A stretch of 64,000 bases of DNA from an uncultured SAR86 cluster bacterium (GCA_902604535.1 CACKZK010000004.1:14620-78619); one strand, 5' to 3'. Counted from the stretch's first letter, positions 23,021 to 32,990 are shown. The notes: generated by a model not told the origin, from the letters alone. Made by a program: numbers and translations.

Positions 23021-24212
23021 ATTCAACGATTTTGGATACTACTCCGGAACCGACAGTTCTTCCACCTTCTCTGATAGCAAAACGCATTCCTTCTTCCATA
23101 GCAATTGGGGATATCAGATCAACATTAATTGCTACATCATCACCAGGCATAACCATCTCAACTCCTTCTGGAAGAATGACTTCTCCAGTTACGTCAGTCG
23201 TTCTTACGTAAAATTGAGGTCTGTAACCTTTGAAGAAAGGTGTGTGTCTCCCACCTTCTTCTTTATTTAAGACATAAACTTGTGCTTCAAATTTAGTATG
23301 AGGAGTGATTGAACCTGGTTTTGAAAGGACCTGACCTCTTTCAACTTCTTCTCTTTTTGTACCTCTGAGAAGAACACCGACATTTTCACCTGCACGTCCT
23401 TCATCAAGAAGTTTTCTGAACATCTCCACACCTGTGCAAGTTGTTTTTTCTGTATCTTTGATTCCAACAATCTCCATTTCGTCATTTACTGAAACCATTC
23501 CTCTTTCAATTCTTCCAGTAACTACTGTTCCCCTTCCTTGAATAGAAAAAATATCTTCGATAGGCATCAAAAATGGCTTATCCAGATCTCTTACAGGTTC
23601 AGGGATATGGGCATCCAATGACTCAACTAATTTAAGAATAGCTTCTTTCCCGTGTTCACCTTCATCTCCTTCTAGAGCTTTTAATGCGGATCCGATTGTT
23701 ATTGGAGTATCGTCTCCAGGGAAATCGTATTCGTTTAAAAGGTCTCTAATTTCAACTTCCACAAGTTCAATCAACTCAGCGTCATCCACTTGATCGGCTT
23801 TGTTTAAAAAAACAACAATATGTTCAACACCTACCTGTCTTGCCAGAAGTATATGTTCTCTTGTTTGAGGCATAGGGCCATCTGCGGCATTAACTACTAA
23901 TATAGCTCCATCCATTTGTGCAGCACCAGTAATCATGTTTTTTACGTAATCAGCGTGTCCAGGACAATCCACGTGTGCATAGTGTCTAGCTGGAGAATCA
24001 TATTCAACGTGCGAAGTTGCTATGGTAATACCCCTTTCTTTTTCCTCAGGAGCATTATCTATGCCATCAAAAGCTACTGCCTCACCCGACCCATGGGTCT
24101 CTGCACAAACTTTTGTTAATGCAGCAGTTAAGGTAGTTTTTCCATGATCAACATGACCGATGGTTCCCACGTTTACGTGGGGTTTGGTTCTTTCAAATTT
24201 TTCTTTAGCCAT
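23019..24212 (-). CDS. tuf: Elongation factor Tu
   Basis: 397 aa. [14 protein letters not shown] and DCPGHADY motifs. The stop TAG (23021-23019) overlaps the first 2 nt of tRNA-Trp. Confidence 0.98.
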   Translation of the reverse strand: MAKEKFERTKPHVNVGTIGHVDHGKTTLTAALTKVCAETHGSGEAVAFDGIDNAPEEKERGITIATSHVEYDSPARHYAHVDCPGHADYVKNMITGAAQMDGAILVVNAADGPMPQTREHILLARQVGVEHIVVFLNKADQVDDAELIELVEVEIRDLLNEYDFPGDDTPITIGSALKALEGDEGEHGKEAILKLVESLDAHIPEPVRDLDKPFLMPIEDIFSIQGRGTVVTGRIERGMVSVNDEMEIVGIKDTEKTTCTGVEMFRKLLDEGRAGENVGVLLRGTKREEVERGQVLSKPGSITPHTKFEAQVYVLNKEEGGRHTPFFKGYRPQFYVRTTDVTGEVILPEGVEMVMPGDDVAINVDLISPIAMEEGMRFAIREGGRTVGSGVVSKIVE

Positions 24213-24240
24213 TATCTATCCTCTCTAAAAATTTTCTGTC

Positions 24241-24316
<76 letters not shown>

Positions 24317-24401
24317 ATAAATGTTCATAATTTCCGGATCAAAAAGAATAAATTATTGTTAAAATTCAATGAAATATTCTAGACCTTCCGCTCCGGAGGC
24401 A

Positions 24402-24430
24402 TTTATACTGTTTTATTGCCATAAAGGCAA
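24402..24430 (-). promoter_or_regulatory. Candidate sigma70 promoter for tRNA-Thr-tuf-(tRNA-Trp-secE-nusG...)
   Basis: Minus strand TTGCCT (24430-24425), then the 17-nt spacer ttatggcaataaaacag, then TATAAA (24407-24402), followed by the GC-rich tgcctccggagcgg. Confidence 0.4.
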
Positions 24431-24437
24431 GATTTTC

Positions 24438-24521
24438 TGGTGGAGGGGGCAGGATTCGAACCTGCGAAGCCGAAGCGGCTGATTTACAGTCAGCTGGGTT
24501 TGACCGCTCCCCAACCCCTCC
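24438..24521 (-). tRNA. tRNA-Tyr (anticodon GTA), long variable arm
   Basis: 84 nt: GGAGGGGTTGGGGAGCGGTCAAACCCAGCTGACTGTAAATCAGCCGCTTCGGCTTCGCAGGTTCGAATCCTGCCCCCTCCACCA. Acceptor stem GGAGGGG/CCCCTCC and anticodon arm GCTGA-CTGTAAA-TCAGC. Confidence 0.95.
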
Positions 24522-24535
24522 AGTCAGAGCGTGGT

Positions 24536-24564
24536 ATTCTCGGAGTCATGATGGATGTTGTCAA
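24536..24564 (-). promoter_or_regulatory. Candidate sigma70 promoter for tRNA-Tyr, embedded in the 5' end of birA
   Basis: Minus strand TTGACA (24564-24559), then the 17-nt spacer acatccatcatgactcc, then GAGAAT (24541-24536), then 14 nt to the mature tRNA 5' end. The spacer contains the birA ATG on the opposite strand. Confidence 0.4.
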
Positions 24565-25345
24565 CAAAAATCCTTTAGATAAGGAAAAAATATTATCAAA
24601 ACTTAGTAATCACTTAAGTAGAAAATTTTCTTTGGAGATATTCGATACCATAAGTTCAACGAATGACTACCTCTTAAAAGGAGAAACAAAAAAAGATAAA
24701 AAGATAAAAATATGCATCGCTGAAGAACAAACAAAAGGAAGAGGTCGTAGAGGAAAATCTTGGATCAGTCCTAAGTTTAAGAATATATATTTCTCGCTAA
24801 GTTTATTTTTAGAAAAAGAAGATTTATCTGGTCTAAGCATTGCAATAGCTTTATCAGTATCTGAAGTCCTGACTGAATTCAATGTAGAGGCTTTAATTAA
24901 ATGGCCAAATGATCTTCTTGTTAGAAATAAGAAGATTTGTGGCATTCTCATAGAATCAGCAAAAGAAGATGAATTAACTAGAGTAGTTATTGGAATTGGG
25001 CTTAACGTAAATATGGAGAACTCAGAACTAATAGATCAAAAGTGGACCTCAATAAAATTAGAAAAAAAACAATCAATAGATCGAAACTTAATCATTGTAG
25101 AAATGATCAATAAATTATCCTCTACCTTGATCAAATTTGAGCAAGAGGAGTTTGGTTACTTCCATGAAAAATTTACTTCTTTAGATTTATTGAAAAATAA
25201 AAAATTTACTTTGAAAGAAAGCCCTGATATTACTTACACTGGAAAAGGAATTGATAGCAAGGGTCTTTTAATTGCTCAAAATTTAAAGGACCAAAATATA
25301 GTTAAATTTAGTTCTGGAGAAGTATCTTTAAAATTAAAGAAATGA
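24548..25345 (+). CDS. birA: Biotin--[acetyl-CoA-carboxylase] ligase, short form without an N-terminal HTH
   Basis: The track ORF starts at GTG 24440 inside tRNA-Tyr. The first ATG at 24548 gives MMDVVNKNPL.... GRGRRGKSW biotin-binding loop and KWPNDLL motif. About 265 aa, leaving no room for a repressor domain. Confidence 0.88.
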   Translation: MMDVVNKNPLDKEKILSKLSNHLSRKFSLEIFDTISSTNDYLLKGETKKDKKIKICIAEEQTKGRGRRGKSWISPKFKNIYFSLSLFLEKEDLSGLSIAIALSVSEVLTEFNVEALIKWPNDLLVRNKKICGILIESAKEDELTRVVIGIGLNVNMENSELIDQKWTSIKLEKKQSIDRNLIIVEMINKLSSTLIKFEQEEFGYFHEKFTSLDLLKNKKFTLKESPDITYTGKGIDSKGLLIAQNLKDQNIVKFSSGEVSLKLKK

Positions 25346-25364
25346 GTTTATAATTCTTTTCGTT

Positions 25365-25440
25365 GCTGGCGTAGCTCAGTTGGTAGAGCTCCTGATTTGT
25401 AATCAGGCGGTCGTAGGTTCGACTCCTATCGCCAGCTCCA
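25365..25440 (+). tRNA. tRNA-Thr (anticodon TGT)
   Basis: 76 nt: GCTGGCGTAGCTCAGTTGGTAGAGCTCCTGATTTGTAATCAGGCGGTCGTAGGTTCGACTCCTATCGCCAGCTCCA. Acceptor stem GCTGGCG/CGCCAGC and anticodon arm CCTGA-TTTGTAA-TCAGG. Confidence 0.95.
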
Positions 25441-25906
25441 CTTTGGAGACTAATACTCCTGTTGAATCTCCATAAACCCAATCTTTTGAATTTATTATCA
25501 GTCCGTTTACTTCAATTGGTTCATCAACTGAACCTCGATCTTTTTTTTCACTTTTTCTCGGAACGGAACCTAGAGCAAAAATTCCTATATCGATTGTCTT
25601 CAAGACATCTACGTCTCTGACGCAGCCGAGGATAATTATTCCGTTCCAATTATTTTTATAGGCACTTTCAGCAATCATATCTCCCAAGAGTGCAACCTCA
25701 AAACTTTTGTTCCCATCGACAAAAAGAACTCCTCCATGTCCTTCTGTGGCAAGAGTTTTTTTCACAAAAGAATTATCGTTTGGAGCATGAACCGTTTTGA
25801 TCGCCCCGTAAAGAAAATCTCTTGCTCCATATGAATTAAATTGTAGGCCGATGAATGGTACGCTTGGATTAAAATCGCTCAGGTCTGGAGTTGAGATTTT
25901 TTGCAT
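25403..25906 (-). CDS. rraA: RraA family protein (regulator of RNase E activity A / HMG-aldolase fold)
   Basis: 167 aa, co-linear by eye with E. coli RraA (...VLFVDGNKSFEVALLGDMIAESAYKNNWNGIIILGCVRDVD...DIGIFALGSVP...). The last ~13 codons run antisense through tRNA-Thr(TGT). Confidence 0.8.
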   Translation of the reverse strand: MQKISTPDLSDFNPSVPFIGLQFNSYGARDFLYGAIKTVHAPNDNSFVKKTLATEGHGGVLFVDGNKSFEVALLGDMIAESAYKNNWNGIIILGCVRDVDVLKTIDIGIFALGSVPRKSEKKDRGSVDEPIEVNGLIINSKDWVYGDSTGVLVSKVELAIGVEPTTA

Positions 25907-25908
25907 TT

Positions 25909-26838
25909 CTAAAGATTATTTAAAATTGGTTTATAAGTCGAACCTTTTTCAAACTCATCCATTATTTTAGATATTTGAGTAATTGATTTAGAAGCATCTT
26001 CAACGGTAAAACCTTTCCCCTCAAGAATTGATTCATAACTCCTAGTGTGTAAATCTTGAAATCCGCCAGTAAATTCAAATTCATTGCCATTTATGGTGAA
26101 AGATCTATAGAGCACTTCCTCTTGCCCCATCTCCTCAAGTTTTTCTTTTGACAAGACGTTGATCATTATCAAGACTTTCGCATTTTCATGTTCAATAAGG
26201 ACGTTTGCTTGATTAAAAGATAACTTATTGACATTGAAATTTATAACTTGGCCAAAAATATCTATCAAAATATCCAAATAATGAATACCAAATTCAAAAA
26301 GAATCCCCCCTGATTTATTTTCGCTTCCTCTCCAGGATGAAAAAAACTCTGAACCTCTGGTTGTAGCATATATTAGGATGACCTCATGTTTTTCATCTAA
26401 CCTTTGTGAAGTTATCTTTTCTTTTAATTGAATAATTGATTCATGAAATCTAAGTTGCATAATTGTAAAAATAGATGCAGAAGAACCAGACTCAGATTTC
26501 CTAATTCTATCTAGATCTCTAATAGATAAAGCGAGTGGCTTTTCGCAAATCACGTTTATATTATTTTCTAAGCATGCGATTATTTGATCCGTGTGTAAGT
26601 GATTTGGGGTGCAGATAGAAATATAGTCTAAGCTATGTTGCTGATGATATCTGATCATTTCCTCAAGACTATCAAGGGTTTCTATGTGTTTTGAGTGAAA
26701 TTCTTTTTTTTGAGCTGGGTTGAAATCTAAATCACTAACGCACATCAGGTCTGCATTTATATTATTGATAGCTTGAATATGACGAGGAGCTATGTACCCT
26801 AGTGCTCCTAATAATCCAAATTTGAGCTTATTACTCAT
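25909..26838 (-). CDS. Gfo/Idh/MocA-family NAD-dependent oxidoreductase, WbpB-like
   Basis: 309 aa. GALGYIAPRH, YISICTPNHLH, VICEKPL and IMQLRFH closely parallel my recollection of the P. aeruginosa WbpB motifs. Confidence 0.7.
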   Translation of the reverse strand: MSNKLKFGLLGALGYIAPRHIQAINNINADLMCVSDLDFNPAQKKEFHSKHIETLDSLEEMIRYHQQHSLDYISICTPNHLHTDQIIACLENNINVICEKPLALSIRDLDRIRKSESGSSASIFTIMQLRFHESIIQLKEKITSQRLDEKHEVILIYATTRGSEFFSSWRGSENKSGGILFEFGIHYLDILIDIFGQVINFNVNKLSFNQANVLIEHENAKVLIMINVLSKEKLEEMGQEEVLYRSFTINGNEFEFTGGFQDLHTRSYESILEGKGFTVEDASKSITQISKIMDEFEKGSTYKPILNNL

Positions 26839-26874
26839 TGAAAAAGTATACTTGAGTAACTCGATGAGACATAA

Positions 26875-28737
26875 ATGTTTAAAGGAATAGTAAAACTTTC
26901 AAAAAATGGAAAAGGATCTTTAATCGTTTCTGAAGATCTCTCCTTTAAGCTTTCAAAAAAGGAATTATTCAAAGTATTTCCAGGTGACAAAGTTGAATGT
27001 TCTGTTCAACAAGATAAAGCAACCATCCAAAGAATAATTGAAAGAAATACAAACGAAGTCATAGGTAAACTAAAAAAAACTAATAAAGGGTGGATTGCAG
27101 AATCTGTTAATAATGAGTTTCACCTAGAAATAGTAATTAAAAAGAATACGTCTAAAAAACTTAAAAATGGTGACCTTTGTAAAATAAAAATTAAAAAACA
27201 ACCTAGCTTAAAACATAGATCTGAAGGTTACATAGTTGAGCAACTTATTTTTTCAAATATTTTTGAAGAAGCAGATGAAATTGCTTTACAAACAAATCTA
27301 AACATTAGAAGAACTTTTCCAAAAAAAATATTGCCAGAAATAAATAAAATTTTGAAAGAACATAATTCTGGTAATTTTTCGTCAGAGTATGAAGATTTAA
27401 CTGACAGAAACTTTTTTACTGTTGATGGAAAAAATGCAAAAGATTTTGATGACGCTATTTGCTGTGAAAAAGCTTCAGATGGTTATAAATTATTAGTAGC
27501 AATTGCAGATGTATCTGCTTTTGTAGACGAAGGATCTTCCTTAGATGAGGTGGCTGCAAAAAGAGCAACATCGATTTACTTAAACTCAAAAGTTATTCCG
27601 ATGTTACCAAAAGAATTATCAAATAATATTTGTTCTCTGCGCCCTCTGGAAAAAAGGTTAACGCTTGTATGCGAAATGATCCTCGATAAAGATTGTTCTC
27701 TAAGTAATTTCAAATTTTATTCGGCAATTATTGAGTCAAAGAAAAGGTTTACTTATGACGAACTTTCAAATCTAGAGAATGAAGACATTAATAGATATCC
27801 AGATTTTTCAGGTGATTTAAGGAGATTGTCAGAAATTTGCAAAAAAAGAATCAAAAAAAGGAAACAAAGGCTTGCAATAGATTTTGAAATGAATGAGTAC
27901 CGACCAGAAATTAAAAAAGGAAAACTTAAAGCTTTTGTTCCGGTAACAAGATATTTGAGTCACAAGGCTGTAGAAGAAAGTATGATTTTGGCAAATATAT
28001 CTGCAGCAAAATTTCTCAAAGAAAATCATACAAGTACTATTTTTAGATTTCATGACTTCCCGGATATGGAAAAGATCATTACATTGCAAAAATTTCTTCA
28101 ATCAAGAGGTATACCCATAACAGGGGATTTTAATCTTTCCAGAAAATCTATTTTCGATTGGGTTCAAAAAACCTCAAAACATAAAATCAATGAAATCTTA
28201 ACTTTAGAAATTCTAAAAAGTATGAAACTAGCAATTTACTCTTCTGAGAGGAGTGAACATTTTGCTTTGGGGCTAGATGAATATTTACACTTCACCTCTC
28301 CCATCAGAAGATATCCAGATTTAGTTGTTCATAGATGTATAAAAAAAATTACCCAAAACAAAACGTATAACTCTCTATCAAAAAATGATTTAGACGATAT
28401 TGCTGAAAATTGTAGTTTCAAAGAAAGAGAAGCAGATCAAGTTTCTAAAGAGGCAGATAAAGTTCTAAGATCGCGATGCGGACAAAATTATATAGGTAAT
28501 AAATTTTCTGGGATCATAACAGGAGTTACAGAGTTTGGAGTATTTGTGAAGCTGGATCAAATCAACATTGAAGGGCTTTGTCATATAAGCTCATTTAAAA
28601 ATAAATATTATAATTTTAATAGTGAGATGAAATCCCTAACTAGCAGACAGGGTTCGTTAAGCATCGGCGATAAAATGAGTTGCATTATCGAATCGGTGCA
28701 TCCATACGAAGGTAAAATAAGTTTAATACCAGCATAA
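26875..28737 (+). CDS. rnr: Exoribonuclease, RNase R/II family (short RNase R)
   Basis: 620 aa. RNB-domain motifs DAKDFDDAI, SIYLNSKVIPMLP and HFTSPIRRYPDLVVHR, plus a C-terminal S1-like domain. Followed by rlmB as in E. coli rnr-rlmB. Confidence 0.88.
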   Translation: MFKGIVKLSKNGKGSLIVSEDLSFKLSKKELFKVFPGDKVECSVQQDKATIQRIIERNTNEVIGKLKKTNKGWIAESVNNEFHLEIVIKKNTSKKLKNGDLCKIKIKKQPSLKHRSEGYIVEQLIFSNIFEEADEIALQTNLNIRRTFPKKILPEINKILKEHNSGNFSSEYEDLTDRNFFTVDGKNAKDFDDAICCEKASDGYKLLVAIADVSAFVDEGSSLDEVAAKRATSIYLNSKVIPMLPKELSNNICSLRPLEKRLTLVCEMILDKDCSLSNFKFYSAIIESKKRFTYDELSNLENEDINRYPDFSGDLRRLSEICKKRIKKRKQRLAIDFEMNEYRPEIKKGKLKAFVPVTRYLSHKAVEESMILANISAAKFLKENHTSTIFRFHDFPDMEKIITLQKFLQSRGIPITGDFNLSRKSIFDWVQKTSKHKINEILTLEILKSMKLAIYSSERSEHFALGLDEYLHFTSPIRRYPDLVVHRCIKKITQNKTYNSLSKNDLDDIAENCSFKEREADQVSKEADKVLRSRCGQNYIGNKFSGIITGVTEFGVFVKLDQINIEGLCHISSFKNKYYNFNSEMKSLTSRQGSLSIGDKMSCIIESVHPYEGKISLIPA

Positions 28738-28738
28738 A

Positions 28739-29449
28739 ATGTTTGAGACATCTGATTTAAATACCATTAAAACGTTACTTATCAATAAGCCTGAATCTGT
28801 TATCTTTTTGGAAGTAGATGACAATTCAATTTCAAAAAGATTAAAAGATATTAAAGAGCTTGCTTTAGAGAAGAAAATAAAAATCAAGATAAAAAAATTT
28901 AAAAATCCAAAAATAAAGATCAATCTTACTTTCAAACCATCAGAACCAAAAAATATAGAATATTTGGAAAAAATTTTAGAAACTAAAGAGGACATTATTG
29001 TTATTTTGCTCGATCACATAACAGATCCCAATAACCTAGGATCTATTCTCCGTACAAGCTTGGGAGGGTTGGTTGATGCAGTAGTGGTTCCTAAGTCTAG
29101 GGCCTGTCATTTAACTAAATCAGTGAGAGAAGTTTCAAAAGGATCAAGCGAGCTTGTCCCATTTGTGATCGTGCCGAACTTAAAGAGAATTACAGAAATG
29201 CTTAAACTTCGAGGATTTTTAATTTATGGAGCTGAAAGCAGTGAACAGTCAAAATCAATTTATGATACTGATTTTTCCAAAAAAGTAGGCTTGATAGTCG
29301 GTTCAGAAAATACAGGTATTCAAGAAACTTTAAAATCAAAATGCGATAAAATGATCAAGATTCCAATCAGTGATAAATTGGAGAGTCTCAATGCAGCTAT
29401 CGCAACTTCAGTAATTGTTTTTGAGATTAATAGACAAAGAATAAACTAG
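28739..29449 (+). CDS. rlmB: SpoU/TrmH-family 23S rRNA 2'-O-ribose methyltransferase (RlmB-like)
   Basis: 236 aa. [23 protein letters not shown] and [18 protein letters not shown] motifs. Lies downstream of rnr. Confidence 0.85.
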   Translation: MFETSDLNTIKTLLINKPESVIFLEVDDNSISKRLKDIKELALEKKIKIKIKKFKNPKIKINLTFKPSEPKNIEYLEKILETKEDIIVILLDHITDPNNLGSILRTSLGGLVDAVVVPKSRACHLTKSVREVSKGSSELVPFVIVPNLKRITEMLKLRGFLIYGAESSEQSKSIYDTDFSKKVGLIVGSENTGIQETLKSKCDKMIKIPISDKLESLNAAIATSVIVFEINRQRIN

Positions 29450-29451
29450 AA

Positions 29452-30372
29452 ATGCTAGCTCAAAGAACTTTAACTAATCCCATCAAGGCAAGTGGAGTAG
29501 GCTTGCACTCAGGCAGAAAAATTACAATAAAACTTTTACCTGCACCCGAAAATACTGGAATTATTTTTCAAAGAGTTGATTGTGATCCAATTGTTGAGAT
29601 CCAAGCTAAAGTTGAAAACGTCGGAGCTACAGCACTTGCAACGACACTTGTAAGCGGAGATGTTGAAATTTCTACGGTCGAACACATGCTCTCTGCTTTT
29701 GCAGGTTTAGGCATTGATAATGCTTATGTCCAAATTAATGACATTGAAGTTCCTATCATGGATGGTTCGGCAAATCCTTTTGTTTTTTTGATTCAATCCG
29801 CTGGCATTAAAGAACAACAAGAAGTTAAAAAATTTATAAAAATAAAAAAACCGGTATCCGTTGAAGCAAATAATGGCGCCAAAGTATCGCTTTCTCCCTA
29901 TGATGGTTTCAAAGTAAGTTATGAACTTGATTATAATCATCCTGTTCATAGAAGGCAGCCCAATAAGGCTACCATTGACTTCAATTCAACAACTTTTCTT
30001 AAAGAGATATCTCGTGCAAGAACTTTTGGCTTTATGAGTGAAGTTGATGCATTAAAGAAAGAAAACTTAGCTCTGGGGGCAAGTGAGAAAAATGCTATAG
30101 CTATTGGTGAAAATGAAATTCTAAATGAGGAAGGTTTGAGGTCAGAGGATGAGTTTGTTAAACATAAAATTCTTGATGTTATAGGTGACTTATATTTACT
30201 GAAACACAATTTAATTGGATCTTTTGAAGGTTATAAATCTGGTCATTCACATAACAACCAACTTCTAAGAAAACTTATCGATAATCCTGATACTTGGGAA
30301 ATAATTACTGCAGAAGAAGGCAATCAGTTCATTAGATATATCGATCCAATCATTGACCCGAGCACAGGATAA
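29452..30372 (+). CDS. lpxC: UDP-3-O-acyl-N-acetylglucosamine deacetylase
   Basis: 306 aa. [40 protein letters not shown] and ...[13 protein letters not shown].... Confidence 0.96.
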   Translation: MLAQRTLTNPIKASGVGLHSGRKITIKLLPAPENTGIIFQRVDCDPIVEIQAKVENVGATALATTLVSGDVEISTVEHMLSAFAGLGIDNAYVQINDIEVPIMDGSANPFVFLIQSAGIKEQQEVKKFIKIKKPVSVEANNGAKVSLSPYDGFKVSYELDYNHPVHRRQPNKATIDFNSTTFLKEISRARTFGFMSEVDALKKENLALGASEKNAIAIGENEILNEEGLRSEDEFVKHKILDVIGDLYLLKHNLIGSFEGYKSGHSHNNQLLRKLIDNPDTWEIITAEEGNQFIRYIDPIIDPSTG

Positions 30373-30374
30373 AA

Positions 30375-32990
30375 ATGTTTGGCTTTCTATTTGGCTCAAA
30401 ACATAAAAGAGTCATCAGTCGTATTTCTAAAACTGTTGATCAAATTAATTCTTTGGAGACATCTCTTGAGAAGTTAAATACTGATGATTTGTTGACAAAG
30501 TCTAATGAACTAAAAGATCAGATTCGATCGGGTGAGACGCTAGAAAATTTACTTCCACAAGCCTACGCATTGGTAAGAGAATCAAGCAAAAGAAATTTGG
30601 GTTTAAGACATTATGACTGCCAACTTGTTGGTGGAGTTATTCTTAATGAAGGAAAAATCGCTGAAATGGCTACTGGTGAGGGAAAAACCCTTGTCGCGAC
30701 GCTACCTTGTTACTTAAATGCTCTAACCGGAAAAGGTGTTTATGTAATTACTGTTAATGAATATTTAGCTGAAAGGGATGCAAATTGGATGAGGCCACTT
30801 TACGAGGGCCTTGGATTGACGGTAGGTCATGTTATTCCTAACCAAAGTTTTGAAGAGAAAAAAAATGCTTATCAGGCAGATGTTGTTTACATCACGAACA
30901 ATGAAGCTGGTTTTGACTACCTTAGGGATAACATGGCAATGGATAGTGCCCATAAAATGCAAAAAGATCTTTTTTTTGCTGTGGTTGATGAAGTGGATTC
31001 AATACTGATTGATGAGGCTAGAACTCCTTTAGTAATTAGCGGTATCGCCGAGGATAATTCAGAAATATACAAGAAGATCGGCCAAATAATTCCTCGCCTA
31101 AAGAAAGAAGAGTTTGATTTGGAATCGGGAGATATTTTTGTAGAAGGTGATTTTCAGATTGACGAAAAAGTAAGATCGGCGGAACTTACCGAAAAAGGTC
31201 ATGAAAACGTTGAGCGCCTTCTTGTTCACAACGGACTACTTAAAGAAGATGACTCACTCTATGCAAGTGAAAATCTTAAGTTATTGAACATGGTTCAGTC
31301 TACCTTGAGGGCCTTCAATCTATTTGAGAAAAATACAGATTACCTTGTCCAAAATGGTCAAGTAGTATTGATTGATACAAACACTGGAAGAGCTTTACCA
31401 GGAAGACGATTATCAGATGGAGTTCATCAGGCATTGGAACTTAGGGAAAATGTAAATATTCAAGTTGAAAGTCAAACTTTAGCTTCAACCACTTTTCAAA
31501 ACTTTTTTAGACTCTTCGATAAGTTGTCTGGAATGACTGGAACTGCTGTAACTGAAGCTCAAGAGTTCGAGGAAATATACTCTTTGGAAACCATTGTCAT
31601 ACCAACCAATTTGCCAATGATTAGAGACGATAAGGAGGACAAAATATACTTAACCTTAGAGGAGAAGTATGATGCTCTCGTTGAAGAAATAGAAAAGATT
31701 AACTCAACTGGGGCACCAATTTTAGTTGGGACAATTTCAGTAGAAACTTCTGAATTAATATCCAATAAACTTGAACAAAAGAAAATCGAACATAATGTTT
31801 TAAATGCAAAACAGCATGAAAGAGAAGCAGAAATAATATCTCAAGCAGGAGCTGAGAATGCTGTAACCATCGCAACAAATATGGCCGGAAGAGGAACAGA
31901 TATCGTACTTGGGGGCAATGAAAATAAAGTATCTTATAGGGAAAAAGTTCTATCACTCGGCGGTTTGCATGTGATTGGAACTGAAAGACATGAATCAAGG
32001 AGAGTTGATAATCAGCTTAGAGGAAGATCTGGAAGACAGGGAGATCCTGGCTCCTCACAATTCTTTCTCTCTTTAGAAGATAGTTTGATGAAAATTTTTG
32101 CACCGGAAAGAGTTAAAAATCTTATGCAATCAATCGGTGGCATGAAAAAGGGAGAATCTATAGAACATAGAATGCTTACTGGAGCAATCGAAAGAGCTCA
32201 AAGAAGAGTTGAAGGACGAAATTTTGATTTAAGAAAAAGGATTCTCGAATTTGATGATGTTCTCAATGAACAAAGACAAGTTATTTATTCTCAAAGAGAA
32301 GAAATTCTTCAAGAAGATGACTTAACAGAATTAATTGATTCAATGCGATTCAATGAAATATCAGATTTAGTATATTTGTTTCTGCCACCTTCTAGCGTAG
32401 AAAGTCAGTGGCAAACTGATAAATTGAAGAATGCCTTATCTTCAGACTTTGCTTTTGAATTTGATCTAGCTCAGTTCTTAGATGATGAAAAGAATAATCA
32501 AGATACCTTAATAGATGAAATTGTTAGTCAGCTTAAAAACAAATATCTCGATAAAAGAATAGAGTACAGTGAGGTTCTTCCTAGTCTAGAAAAACAAATC
32601 GTTTTGCAGGTCATAGATATATCCTGGAAAAATCATATTAATGCTCTTGAGTACTTAAGACAGAATATAGGTTTTAGAAGTTATGCAGGGAAAGACCCAA
32701 GACTTGAATATAAAAGAGAAGCTTTTGAAATGTTTGAAGGTCTTCTAACAAATATTAATGCTGAAGCCATAAAGTTTTTATCGAAAGTACAAATCAATAG
32801 AGAAGAGAAAGCTGCTCAGGCGAGTTCTATTATAAAAAATACAATAAGTCATAAAGAAGAGATTCAATCAGCTTTTGATTCGCCACAAGAACAAGTCAAT
32901 AAAAATAAGTCTGAGCAAAATGAAGAATTCTCAGGAAACAGAAGGATGAGAAGACTTCAAGCCAAGGCAAAAAGAAAGAAAAGAAGATAG
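30375..32990 (+). CDS. secA: Preprotein translocase ATPase SecA
   Basis: 871 aa. MATGEGKTLVATLP Walker A, DEVDSILIDEARTPLVISG and TNMAGRGTDI motifs. The basic C-terminus lacks the Cys-rich zinc motif. Confidence 0.97.
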   Translation: MFGFLFGSKHKRVISRISKTVDQINSLETSLEKLNTDDLLTKSNELKDQIRSGETLENLLPQAYALVRESSKRNLGLRHYDCQLVGGVILNEGKIAEMATGEGKTLVATLPCYLNALTGKGVYVITVNEYLAERDANWMRPLYEGLGLTVGHVIPNQSFEEKKNAYQADVVYITNNEAGFDYLRDNMAMDSAHKMQKDLFFAVVDEVDSILIDEARTPLVISGIAEDNSEIYKKIGQIIPRLKKEEFDLESGDIFVEGDFQIDEKVRSAELTEKGHENVERLLVHNGLLKEDDSLYASENLKLLNMVQSTLRAFNLFEKNTDYLVQNGQVVLIDTNTGRALPGRRLSDGVHQALELRENVNIQVESQTLASTTFQNFFRLFDKLSGMTGTAVTEAQEFEEIYSLETIVIPTNLPMIRDDKEDKIYLTLEEKYDALVEEIEKINSTGAPILVGTISVETSELISNKLEQKKIEHNVLNAKQHEREAEIISQAGAENAVTIATNMAGRGTDIVLGGNENKVSYREKVLSLGGLHVIGTERHESRRVDNQLRGRSGRQGDPGSSQFFLSLEDSLMKIFAPERVKNLMQSIGGMKKGESIEHRMLTGAIERAQRRVEGRNFDLRKRILEFDDVLNEQRQVIYSQREEILQEDDLTELIDSMRFNEISDLVYLFLPPSSVESQWQTDKLKNALSSDFAFEFDLAQFLDDEKNNQDTLIDEIVSQLKNKYLDKRIEYSEVLPSLEKQIVLQVIDISWKNHINALEYLRQNIGFRSYAGKDPRLEYKREAFEMFEGLLTNINAEAIKFLSKVQINREEKAAQASSIIKNTISHKEEIQSAFDSPQEQVNKNKSEQNEEFSGNRRMRRLQAKAKRKKRR

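Noticed and set aside
24317-24401. Possible degenerate tRNA-Gly (glyT) in the tyrU-thrT gap.
   Set aside because: I could not fold any acceptor, anticodon or T-arm set. The only weak resemblance (gatccggaa) is to a T-loop. A covariance search would be needed to exclude a remnant.
24440-24547. N-terminal extension of the birA ORF starting at GTG 24440.
   Set aside because: The extra 36 codons are the antisense translation of tRNA-Tyr. The first ATG at 24548 gives a normal biotin-ligase N-terminus.
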